Shown: positions 7,173-14,733 of the stretch, in pieces
Layout of the letters: every line of letters begins with the position of its first letter
Position numbering within the stretch: position 1 is the stretch's first letter
Assembly: GCA_004284765.1 (NCBI GenBank)
Contig: NQJD01000045.1
Coordinates: 1 to 15,844 of the forward strand
Direction: 5' to 3'
Length of the DNA: 15,844 bases
Source of the DNA: Candidatus Electronema aureum
GTDB lineage: Bacteria > Desulfobacterota > Desulfobulbia > Desulfobulbales > Desulfobulbaceae
Made by a program: the position numbers and the translations under genes
Notes under the pieces: model-generated
Database searches by the model: none
What the model was told of the DNA's origin: nothing
What the model saw: the letters and a program-made list of their open reading frames with translations, nothing else

Positions 7173-9641
7173 CTATTTAACGCTTTTGCACTTCAGTGTT
7201 TCCCCATCGGTCACACAGCTCACCGTACCCTGTTCTCTGGTGATCTGCACTGGTATCTTTTTTTCCTGCCAGAGCGCACGATTTGCCGGAGCAGGAAAAT
7301 ATTGCTGCCTGCTGCCTCTTCCAGCGGAAACCACGATCAGCTTTGGCTGCACCGCCGCAAGAAAGTCTGGGCCAGTTGATGTGCGGCTGCCGTGATGTCC
7401 TGCTAACAGCACGTCAGCCTTCAGCTCTGCACCTTGACGCAGCAGGATGTCCTCGCTTTGCTTGCCGATATCACCGGGCAGGAGAAAGGCACGCCTGCCA
7501 TGCTGATACCGCAGCACTAAGGCGGCATCGTTGACCTCTTCAGAACGCACAGGCAGACCAGTCATGCCTACAACCGTCAGTGCGAAATCTTTGCCTTGTG
7601 CCAACCTGCGTCCGCGTTCAGGAATCAGCACCTGCATCCCCTGCTGCGCCGCCTGATCCAGTATCTGCTGATACTTGCCTTCTCGATGCGCATCGCCGTT
7701 AATCCACAGTAGTCTTGGTCTGAAATGGGCCAAGATGAAATCCATGCCACTGAAATGATCGTTGTGCGGATGGCTGATCACTGCCTGATCGAGCCGCCAG
7801 ATGCGCTGGCTCCACAAGTAGGGGGCGATAACTTGCTCACCGATGTTGAGGCCGCTTTCCTTACTGCCGCTGCCGCCATCAACCAGAATGCGTGAACCGT
7901 CAGGGAGCTGGAGGAAGACTGATGAACCTTGGCCGACATCAAGGACGGCTACCTTACTTGTTCCCGATTGCGCCGGAAACCATATCCCCCAGGTGAAATG
8001 TAGGGTCAGCAGCGCGGCACCAGCTAAGGCCATCTTGCGGAACTTGAGGCTCCAGAGAAGAAGAAGCAGGCCATAGAAAAGTATTTCCGCAACGGTTGGA
8101 CTGATCGTCCAGATTGAAACCCAAGGCAGCGCACTGGCAATTGCAGTACCGTGTAGACCTGCCCAGATACCAACACTGCCGATTTTGAGCAACAGCACAG
8201 CGACCTGCGGTTTCACAAAGATGTAGGGAATAGCCGCTAATCCCCAGGGCAAAGCCCAGAAGCAGAGCAGCGGCTCAAGCAGTAGGTTCGTCAGGGGGCC
8301 GACTATGGAAAAGCGGTGGAAATGGAGCAGCACCAGTGGCAGCGTACCTACGGTCGCGGCGATGGAAGCCAGCAGTGCCGAGCGGAGATAAACAACTCTT
8401 TTGCTGCCATCAGTAGTTGTGGGCGGCATGATCTGCGGCAGGAAGAGAACTAGAGCTGCCACCGCACTGAACGAGAGCTGAAACGAGGCAGTGAACAAGG
8501 CGAGCGGATGTAAGATCAGCACCAGCAGAGCCGCTGCCGCGAGCAGATGCAGCATATCGTGCCGGCGGCGGAGAATCACTGCGCCCAGCAAGGCAGCAGC
8601 CATGATTAGCGAGCGCAGCACCGGCGTGTTCATCCCGGCAATCAGGCTATAGAGAAGCAAGAGAGGCAGGGTGCCGAGCAAGGCCAGCGTCGGTATGTGC
8701 GTGTGCAAAAGCAGCCAGTGCGACCGCCGGAGCAGCTTATTGAGCAGCGCACTAACCATCAGGGCGAGCAGGCTGATGTGCAGACCAGAGATAGAGAGAA
8801 TATGCGTCGTGCCAGTGGCCTTGAACTGTTCCTGAATCTGCGGAGATATCGCTGCTTGGCTGCCGATCAGCAGGGCCTGATAGACACCAGCGACCTCTGG
8901 GCTGAGGTGCTGACGGATAAACAAGCCTGCCTCCTGCCGCACCTGTTCGGGAAGAGAGCGGAGCCTGTGCAGTCCGCTCTTAGTCTGATCGTTGAGGACA
9001 AGCATATCCTCTCGCCCACCCACCCAGCCGCTCACGTAGATACCTTTTGCCGCTAAATGACCCTGATAGTCAAAGCTGCCCGGCGTGTTGAAGCTGCCTG
9101 CTGGCCTTGCCTTGGCTAAGATCATCAGCGACATGCCGGGTCGCAGCCCATCTGCCCTACCCTGCATGGTCAGCCGCACCCTGCCGCGTACACTCTGCCA
9201 CCTGTGCCGCAGTAGCACCTCCTCTACTTCCAGCTCAAAACGGGAGATGATTTCCTCACCCTGCTCGGTCTGCACTGCGCTTTTTTCAATCATACTGGCC
9301 AAGGTGCCGACCAGCGTTACCTGCGTCTGCTCGTGAATCAGCGCAGCGAGCTGTCCGCCTGTTTTTGGCAACGCAAGCTGCTGGAGAAGATGCAGGTATC
9401 CAGCCAGAAAGAAAAGCGGCAAGCTGAGGAATAAGGCAAGCTGCTGGCGGCGGCGCGAGAAGATCAGGGTGGCGAGGAAGAGCAGGGCAAAGGCAATGCC
9501 TGCTGCGTATTCAGGTAAGGGATGTAAACGAGCGGTGCTGATACCGATGATGAAGCAGACCGTTACTGGCAGGAGGATGTTACGGTTGCACCAGCGGAGG
9601 GCGGCTGCCGGAAAGGGCATTTTTTGTTGGTGTTTATCCAA
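7173..9641 (-). CDS. comEC: DNA internalization-related competence protein ComEC/Rec2 (three-domain form)
   Basis: An 822-aa protein. The N-terminal TM plus OB-like region (DUF4131-type) is followed by a polytopic Competence domain with many hydrophobic helices. The C-terminus is a metallo-beta-lactamase fold with VISHPHNDHFSG (HxHxDH) and downstream GHHGS. Confidence 0.9.
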   Translation of the reverse strand: MDKHQQKMPFPAAALRWCNRNILLPVTVCFIIGISTARLHPLPEYAAGIAFALLFLATLIFSRRRQQLALFLSLPLFFLAGYLHLLQQLALPKTGGQLAALIHEQTQVTLVGTLASMIEKSAVQTEQGEEIISRFELEVEEVLLRHRWQSVRGRVRLTMQGRADGLRPGMSLMILAKARPAGSFNTPGSFDYQGHLAAKGIYVSGWVGGREDMLVLNDQTKSGLHRLRSLPEQVRQEAGLFIRQHLSPEVAGVYQALLIGSQAAISPQIQEQFKATGTTHILSISGLHISLLALMVSALLNKLLRRSHWLLLHTHIPTLALLGTLPLLLLYSLIAGMNTPVLRSLIMAAALLGAVILRRRHDMLHLLAAAALLVLILHPLALFTASFQLSFSAVAALVLFLPQIMPPTTTDGSKRVVYLRSALLASIAATVGTLPLVLLHFHRFSIVGPLTNLLLEPLLCFWALPWGLAAIPYIFVKPQVAVLLLKIGSVGIWAGLHGTAIASALPWVSIWTISPTVAEILFYGLLLLLWSLKFRKMALAGAALLTLHFTWGIWFPAQSGTSKVAVLDVGQGSSVFLQLPDGSRILVDGGSGSKESGLNIGEQVIAPYLWSQRIWRLDQAVISHPHNDHFSGMDFILAHFRPRLLWINGDAHREGKYQQILDQAAQQGMQVLIPERGRRLAQGKDFALTVVGMTGLPVRSEEVNDAALVLRYQHGRRAFLLPGDIGKQSEDILLRQGAELKADVLLAGHHGSRTSTGPDFLAAVQPKLIVVSAGRGSRQQYFPAPANRALWQEKKIPVQITREQGTVSCVTDGETLKCKSVK

Positions 9642-9712
9642 GCGAACCTGTTTAGATAGTAACTCTGCCTTTCCCGCCGAGCGTAATTTTTGTTAGCCTG
9701 CGCAGCCTATCT

Positions 9713-9740
9713 TTGTTATGATAAACTATCATACTATATT
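9713..9740 (+). promoter_or_regulatory. Sigma70-like promoter with embedded 17-bp palindrome upstream of the two-gene cassette
   Basis: TTGTTA (9713-9718), 16 nt spacer, TATATT (9735-9740). The spacer and -35 edge carry the perfect palindrome TATGATA-aac-TATCATA (9717-9733). This is the position expected for an autoregulatory operator in type II TA operons. The ATG at 9762 lies 22 nt downstream of the -10. Confidence 0.4.
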
Positions 9741-9761
9741 GTCGTGAGACCAAGTAAGAAT

Positions 9762-10535
9762 ATGAATACCAATCGAGTGATTGATTTAATTAGATATATC
9801 TTGGAAGAGGCCCGCCAGAATGAAGAATGGTCTTTCCGAGAACTTGGGCCTATACACCTCATTAAGTATGTGTACCTTGCTGATCTCTATTATGCTTCAC
9901 AAAACGATGGAAAGACATTCACAGACCTTTCTTGGCAATTTTATCATTTCGGCCCGTGGAATCCTTCCTTGTACAGTGAACTCCCTAATTTTATTAGGGA
10001 GATAGGTGCAAACATCAGAACATTTGAAAGTCGCTATACAAAAGATGGAGTGCGATATTCCTTAAATGATGACTATCACCACGATTCGCCTTGCAGCATA
10101 CCTCTTGCCATCAGTTCATTGCTGCGCCGCGATATAAGGAATTATGGTTCTGCAACTAACGATTTGCTGCATTATGTATATACTACTCCGCCTATGACAA
10201 ATGCTGTGCCAGGAGACTATCTTAATTTTGATCAGATTATTTTTATGCACAAGGAATCTGTTGCTACAGAAAATTTTGACAATTTAACTGACAGAGAGAA
10301 AAAGAAGAGAAAGCAACGCGTGTTGGATATTAGAAAAAAAATCGCAAAACAACGTGAAGAAAGTAAAAAAAAGCGGGTACGTCCAGCACCAAGATATGAT
10401 GAAGTATTTTTTAATGGAACCATGGAGATGAATCGAGATATTGAACTTCAAGAAATTGAAAACCATAAAGGTTTGTTGCAGGTTAACCAAAACACTTGGA
10501 TAGGAAACTGGAGAAGGAGTCATGAGTTACCCTGA
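9762..10535 (+). CDS. Panacea/DUF4065 (SocA-like) domain protein, putative antitoxin component, with Lys/Arg-rich C-terminal extension
   Basis: The ORF track opens at a TTG (9690), but the in-frame ATG at 9762 follows the predicted promoter. The N-terminal ~110 aa (VIDLIRYILEEA...FRELGPIHLIKYVYLADLYYASQNDGKTFTDLSWQFYHFGPWNPSLYSELPNFI) match, from memory, the DUF4065/Panacea pattern (L.K..L.KLLYLAD......G.P.T...Y.A...GPV...LY..L). The C-terminal half is highly basic (REKKKRKQRVLDIRKKIAKQREESKKKRVRP). GC is about 32-40%. Confidence 0.65.
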   Translation: MNTNRVIDLIRYILEEARQNEEWSFRELGPIHLIKYVYLADLYYASQNDGKTFTDLSWQFYHFGPWNPSLYSELPNFIREIGANIRTFESRYTKDGVRYSLNDDYHHDSPCSIPLAISSLLRRDIRNYGSATNDLLHYVYTTPPMTNAVPGDYLNFDQIIFMHKESVATENFDNLTDREKKKRKQRVLDIRKKIAKQREESKKKRVRPAPRYDEVFFNGTMEMNRDIELQEIENHKGLLQVNQNTWIGNWRRSHELP

Positions 10536-11241
10536 CGGCTCCTTGCAAAAATATTTTGATGATCATAGTTGGTGGGAGAAAACAACAGAAAAAAATCCAT
10601 TGATAGGGCGGTTGATATGGGCATTTATACCTCATGTTGATGTTATCCCTAAGTCTTTAATTTCAACTGGTCGCGCTGAAGACGAAGCATCTAATCATAG
10701 TAAAGCCAGTTACGAAATTGCAGACCTTCGTATAAAAAGTCATTTTCAAAAAAATACTCTTCCGGCGGCTATATTGCCTTACTATCCAGATGAATGCTAC
10801 ACTGTTCATCGGTCAAAAAAAAGACCGGCATTAATTATAGCGGATGGTGGTGTTGAAGTACCAAAACAGTTGCGATCAAGCATGAAACCAAGCTGGCAGA
10901 CAAATCCAACCATGCTTGCTGCGCCATATTATGGCGTGTTAAAAAACGGAACCAGCAAATGGTATGAACCCTTCGTCGATCGGATCAAAAAATGTGAATA
11001 TCCTCAATACCTATGGGATACTTTACCCGTATCATCATCTGAGACTAAATCTTCTATTTTAAGATTTGATCACATACAGCCAATAGGAAAACATGCCGAT
11101 TCTTACGAACTTACTGATTACACTCTGAAAGAAGCGGTGGTAGATTTTTTTCTCAAAGAGTGGCTCTGCTGGCTGACTACCGGCGAAATGGATGTAGACA
11201 GCATTCTTTATGATATACGAAGAGACTTCCTCAGTCTTTGA
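10522..11241 (+). CDS. Hypothetical protein, putative toxin partner; by-eye resemblance to a MazF/PemK (CcdB/MazF-fold) core with large insertions
   Basis: Strong SD (AAGGAG at 10514-10519) 2-3 nt... more precisely ending 2 nt before the ATG at 10522, which overlaps the upstream gene by 14 nt. Four segments line up in order with E. coli MazF (recalled sequence). GRLIWAFIPHV matches GDLIWVDFDPT. SKKRPALIIADG matches AGHRPAVVLSPF. MLAAPYYG matches LCVPCTTQ. SILRFDHIQPIG matches GVALADQVKSIA. An insert of about 50 aa follows the first strand, and a helical tail of about 40 aa ends the protein. The functional call is low confidence; the coding call is good. Confidence 0.6.
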   Translation: MSYPDGSLQKYFDDHSWWEKTTEKNPLIGRLIWAFIPHVDVIPKSLISTGRAEDEASNHSKASYEIADLRIKSHFQKNTLPAAILPYYPDECYTVHRSKKRPALIIADGGVEVPKQLRSSMKPSWQTNPTMLAAPYYGVLKNGTSKWYEPFVDRIKKCEYPQYLWDTLPVSSSETKSSILRFDHIQPIGKHADSYELTDYTLKEAVVDFFLKEWLCWLTTGEMDVDSILYDIRRDFLSL

Positions 11242-11245
11242 CACT

Positions 11246-12550
11246 TTATTTTTTCTTTCCCATCAATTCCCTCACCACCTGCACATGCCGCGCCACGCTG
11301 CCGCGCTGCTGCTCGACCAGTGTCTGCGCTGCTTGGGACATGGCCGCATGAAGCGCAGTATCAGCCAAGATACGAGAGGCAATCTCGGCAAGATTCTCTG
11401 CGGTGACGATGTGCGCTCCGCCGCAACGAAGTAAATCGCTGGCAATTTCAGCGAAATCATCCATGTGCGGACCAAAGAGGACAGGTACGCCCTGCACCGC
11501 TGCTTCGATGGGATTGTGGCCACCTTCAGCAACCATGCTACCGCCGATGAAGGCAAGCCGGGCCAAGCGATAGCAGGAGGCTAATTCGCCGATAGTATCT
11601 AAGATCAGCACGTTGCTGTTAGTTGCCGTGCCGCTGCTGCGGAGATCAGCAGTAAGGCCAAACTGATGAGCCAGCTTGACTAATTCGCTGCCTCGCTCGA
11701 TCTTGCGTGGGGCGATGATCAATTGCAGGGGTAGGTTATCAGGGCAGACACGCAGGTATGCCCCTACCTTTTTGAACGCAGCAAAGATCAGTTCCTCCTC
11801 GCCGGGATGGGTAGAGCCACAGACCCAGACATGACCCGTGTCGTCGTAGGGGCGATCCTTGCGGTCGCCCGATACACTGCCAAGGCGAATACAAGATTCG
11901 CCCCTCCCTACTTCGTATTTCAGATTGCCCAAGCAGATGACCCGCTCTGCCGGGTTGCCCAGTTCAATCATCAGGCGGCGGTCGTGCTCGGTCTGCATGG
12001 AAAGCAGGTCGAAGCAGCGGAACATTGGCTGGAAAAAGAAGGCAAAGCGGCGGTAGGCGGCAAATGATTTTGCCGAAATGCGCCCATTGACCAGCATAAC
12101 CGGAACCTGCCGCTTATGGAGCTGCTGCAACCAGTTCGGCCAGAAGTCGGTCTCAACCAAGATGAAGAGATTCGGCTGGATTGCGTCAAGGTATCGACGA
12201 ACAGCGCAAGTAATGTCCAGCGGACTGTAGAGAACGAGATCGGCGTGGGGTTTGATCAGTTTTTCTGCCAGCACTCTGCCGCTGCGGGTGGCCGCCGTGA
12301 AGACTATTCGCGCTGGGCAAATGTTCTCGCGGATTGCTTTGACCAAAGGCAGGGCTGAGGTGACTTCCCCGACAGACAGAGCGTGCAGCCAGATGACTGG
12401 CCCCGACTTGGCAGTAAATAAGATATCCCTGATATGTTGGGTCTGTAGGCCCAGCCGTTCTAAGGTGCGGCCTCGGTATTTGGTACGGAAGAGGACAAGG
12501 GGCAGCAGCGGTAGGAGGGCGGCGACGAGCAGATTGTAGAGGAAGATCAT
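11246..12550 (-). CDS. waaA: 3-deoxy-D-manno-octulosonic acid (Kdo) transferase
   Basis: Hallmark WaaA/KdtA motifs are VIWLHALSVGEV, LVETDFWPNW, LVNGRISAKSF and IGGSMVAEGGHNPIEAA, preceded by an N-terminal TM anchor. The start is set at M19 of the track ORF (12550, MIFLYNLLVAALLPLLPL...). The 12604 ATG would abut the tRNA and would translate through its terminator hairpin. Confidence 0.9.
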   Translation of the reverse strand: MIFLYNLLVAALLPLLPLVLFRTKYRGRTLERLGLQTQHIRDILFTAKSGPVIWLHALSVGEVTSALPLVKAIRENICPARIVFTAATRSGRVLAEKLIKPHADLVLYSPLDITCAVRRYLDAIQPNLFILVETDFWPNWLQQLHKRQVPVMLVNGRISAKSFAAYRRFAFFFQPMFRCFDLLSMQTEHDRRLMIELGNPAERVICLGNLKYEVGRGESCIRLGSVSGDRKDRPYDDTGHVWVCGSTHPGEEELIFAAFKKVGAYLRVCPDNLPLQLIIAPRKIERGSELVKLAHQFGLTADLRSSGTATNSNVLILDTIGELASCYRLARLAFIGGSMVAEGGHNPIEAAVQGVPVLFGPHMDDFAEIASDLLRCGGAHIVTAENLAEIASRILADTALHAAMSQAAQTLVEQQRGSVARHVQVVRELMGKKK

Positions 12551-12560
12551 CTCAACCAAC

Positions 12561-12597
12561 AAAAAACGGTTACGCTTGCTTGAAGCGTAACCGTTTC
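12561..12597 (-). terminator. Rho-independent terminator downstream of tRNA-Thr
   Basis: Perfect 14-bp stem AAACGGTTACGCTT (12564-12577) / AAGCGTAACCGTTT (12583-12596) with a 5-nt loop. On the minus strand it runs into TTTTTT (complement of 12561-12566). It begins 8 nt after the tRNA 3' end. Confidence 0.7.
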
Positions 12598-12604
12598 GTA
12601 TCAC

Positions 12605-12680
<76 letters not shown>

Positions 12681-12735
12681 GTGTTTTACATCGCAGGGCA
12701 GCGCAGTCTTCGCGCTGACTCACTCTGAACTTTAT

Positions 12736-12764
12736 TATGTAGCAGGTTCGTGCTATACTGTCAA
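12736..12764 (-). promoter_or_regulatory. Sigma70-like promoter for tRNA-Thr
   Basis: Minus strand reads TTGACA (12764-12759), 17 nt spacer, TACATA (12741-12736; alternatively CATAAT two nt further on). It lies about 55 nt upstream of the tRNA 5' end. Confidence 0.5.
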
Positions 12765-12768
12765 GTTT

Positions 12769-14256
12769 ATGAAGATGAAATTTATGCTGCTGACAGCTCT
12801 TTTGTTGCTGCCCTTAGCTGCTTGCCGCGAAGACCAGAAGCCTGCCGTTCCTGCGCCTCCTCCTACAGAACCGCAGAAGGTAGCAGCGCAGACTCTCCCG
12901 TTGCCACCCGGCTGCCGGGGCTGTCATACCGACATTCAGTTAGATGATCAGCATGATATTGCCTGCACAGATTGTCATGTAGGCAATAACGAGACCAATG
13001 ATAAGGAGCTTGCGCACAAGGGACTGATTGCCAAACCTGCTGCGATAGAGAATATGACTGCTGTTTGCGGCAGGTGTCATGCCAAGCAAATAGAAGGTTG
13101 TGCGCAGTCCACACATTTCACCCTGAAGAACGAAGTTAATCAGCTCCGCAGTCACTTTGGCCTTAAACCTGTCAATACGCTGACGGATATACCAGAGCGC
13201 AGCGGCCCGCCACAGGATAAAGAGCAGTTGGTTGATGACTTGCTCCGTCGCCGCTGCTTGCGTTGCCATGTGCAAACATCGGGTGATAGGTATCCCTCGG
13301 TGCAGCGAGGTACTGGTTGCGCGGCCTGTCATCTGCGTACAACCGAGGGCAAGTTAGAAAGTCACGCCTTCAGTATTCCCGGTGAGCGGCAGTGCCTGAG
13401 CTGCCATTATGGCAACCGGGTAGGCAGTGATTTCGCAGGCCTATATGAGCATGACTACGGCAGTGATTTCCGCTCGCCACAGACTGCGGCTACTCCGTAT
13501 CTCCGGCCTTACGGGGTGGAGACGCACGACCTCGCACAGGATATCCACCGGCAGCGCGGCCTCAGCTGTTTAGACTGTCACAGCGGCGCAGAGCTATCTG
13601 GTAAACAAGCAGCTGTGCACTGCGCGGACTGTCATGCCCCTGCATCAGGCAAGGTGCCGCCTCTAAAGCATGTCCGTGCAGAAGACGGCCAGCTGATTCT
13701 GACCGCAAGAACCAGTGGGAAGGAGCATCGGATTCCCAAGCTCCAGCATCCTGCCCATGCTCAATACAGCAGCAAGGTTGATTGCCAAGTTTGTCATGCC
13801 CAGTGGAGCTTCAATGATCAAGGCACTCACCTACTGCTCAGTTATTCTAACGAGAATAAGCCGTGGCGGTCGTTAGCCGTGCAGGGAAGTGCAGAGGTTG
13901 AAGCGTTTCTCACCGAAGAAGATGAGCCAGCTATGACCGACACGCTGACCGGGGAGAAGAAACCGGGCATCTGGCTGCAAGGCTACAGTTTGCGTCGCTG
14001 GGAGGACATGATCATTCGCCAAGACAAAGACGGCATGATTAAAGTTTTCCGTCCGCTGCTTGATCTACGGCTCTCTGCTGCTGATGCCAATGAACAAGTG
14101 ATTGCTGATTTAGACAACATCGCGGGAAATGGCGATGGTCTGCTTCCCTATACCCCACACACCACCGGCCCAGCAGGGCTGTTTTATGAGCAGCGTTTTC
14201 TTCATCTGCTGGAGAAGCAGCAAGCAGCCTCCTTGCCAGCGAGTCAGCCAAGGTAA
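12769..14256 (+). CDS. Multiheme c-type cytochrome lipoprotein (nine CXXCH motifs) with heme-free C-terminal domain
   Basis: Signal peptide with lipobox (LLLLPLAAC), then a Pro-rich tether. The nine CXXCH sites are CRGCH, CTDCH, CGRCH, CLRCH, CAACH, CLSCH, CLDCH, CADCH and CQVCH, all within roughly aa 48-345. The last ~150 aa have no heme motif. Confidence 0.9.
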   Translation: MKMKFMLLTALLLLPLAACREDQKPAVPAPPPTEPQKVAAQTLPLPPGCRGCHTDIQLDDQHDIACTDCHVGNNETNDKELAHKGLIAKPAAIENMTAVCGRCHAKQIEGCAQSTHFTLKNEVNQLRSHFGLKPVNTLTDIPERSGPPQDKEQLVDDLLRRRCLRCHVQTSGDRYPSVQRGTGCAACHLRTTEGKLESHAFSIPGERQCLSCHYGNRVGSDFAGLYEHDYGSDFRSPQTAATPYLRPYGVETHDLAQDIHRQRGLSCLDCHSGAELSGKQAAVHCADCHAPASGKVPPLKHVRAEDGQLILTARTSGKEHRIPKLQHPAHAQYSSKVDCQVCHAQWSFNDQGTHLLLSYSNENKPWRSLAVQGSAEVEAFLTEEDEPAMTDTLTGEKKPGIWLQGYSLRRWEDMIIRQDKDGMIKVFRPLLDLRLSAADANEQVIADLDNIAGNGDGLLPYTPHTTGPAGLFYEQRFLHLLEKQQAASLPASQPR

Positions 14257-14262
14257 GTACGC

Positions 14263-14646
14263 ATGGACTTCAAGCCAGGTTTTAGAATATCAAGAACAGA
14301 TAGTGCCGTGCTGGTGGTCGGCTTTCTCTGTGCTGCCTTCTGTTGGAGAATCTCTGCGCTTGCCAGCCTCCTGCTGCTCTTTGTCCTTGCCAACTTCTTT
14401 GCCTTCTGCAATGTCCTCAGGATGTCGCGTCCCTCAGAGCTGACTTGGGCAGCCGGATTTCTGCTCCTGTCCTGTTCGGCACTACGTACAGGCACACCAA
14501 GCTGGCTGCTTGTCTTGGCTATTGCATCAACGGCAACGATTGGCTTGGCCTTGCTTGAAATGCGCAAGCCAAGCTATCATGGGGTGTTTTGGCAACGCCT
14601 TAACCCGGAGTTGCCCGCTTGGTTCCAGCAGCACAGCACTGATTGA
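14263..14646 (+). CDS. Small integral membrane protein (about 4 TM segments), function unknown
   Basis: The ATG lies 6 nt after the cytochrome stop. Hydrophobic stretches include AVLVVGFLCAAFCW, LASLLLLFVLANFFAFCNVL, LTWAAGFLLLSCSAL and SWLLVLAIASTATIGLALL. The overlapping minus-strand ORF (14244-14567) is basic and low-complexity, as expected for an antisense shadow. Confidence 0.6.
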   Translation: MDFKPGFRISRTDSAVLVVGFLCAAFCWRISALASLLLLFVLANFFAFCNVLRMSRPSELTWAAGFLLLSCSALRTGTPSWLLVLAIASTATIGLALLEMRKPSYHGVFWQRLNPELPAWFQQHSTD

Positions 14647-14733
14647 CGAGAAGCCTTTTGCACGGTAAATATATCTGCAACTCTACCCATTAACCTTTTC
14701 CGTTTTTTTATAGCACAACAGGACAACGAGATT

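Noticed and set aside
9669-9675. CTTTCCC occurs at 9669-9675 and 11255-11261, flanking the AT-rich cassette, as possible target-site duplication or att repeats.
   Set aside because: It is only 7 bp, and one copy lies inside the waaA coding sequence. This is easily chance. No integrase, tRNA-adjacent att site or inverted repeats were found.
9690-9761. TTG start at 9690 extending the Panacea-domain ORF by 24 codons.
   Set aside because: The extension (LACAAYLCYDKLSYYIVVRPSKN) would be encoded by the predicted promoter and palindrome region. The ATG at 9762 lies just downstream of the -10 element and begins the domain-like sequence.
12551-12604. ATG at 12604 as the waaA start (452-aa version).
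   Set aside because: It would abut the tRNA 3' end and translate through the terminator hairpin. The M19 start gives the N-terminal hydrophobic anchor typical of WaaA.
14244-14567. Minus-strand 107-aa ORF overlapping the small membrane protein gene.
   Set aside because: The plus-strand ORF shows clear TM-helix periodicity and sits 6 nt after the cytochrome stop. The minus-strand product is basic and low-complexity, consistent with an antisense artefact.
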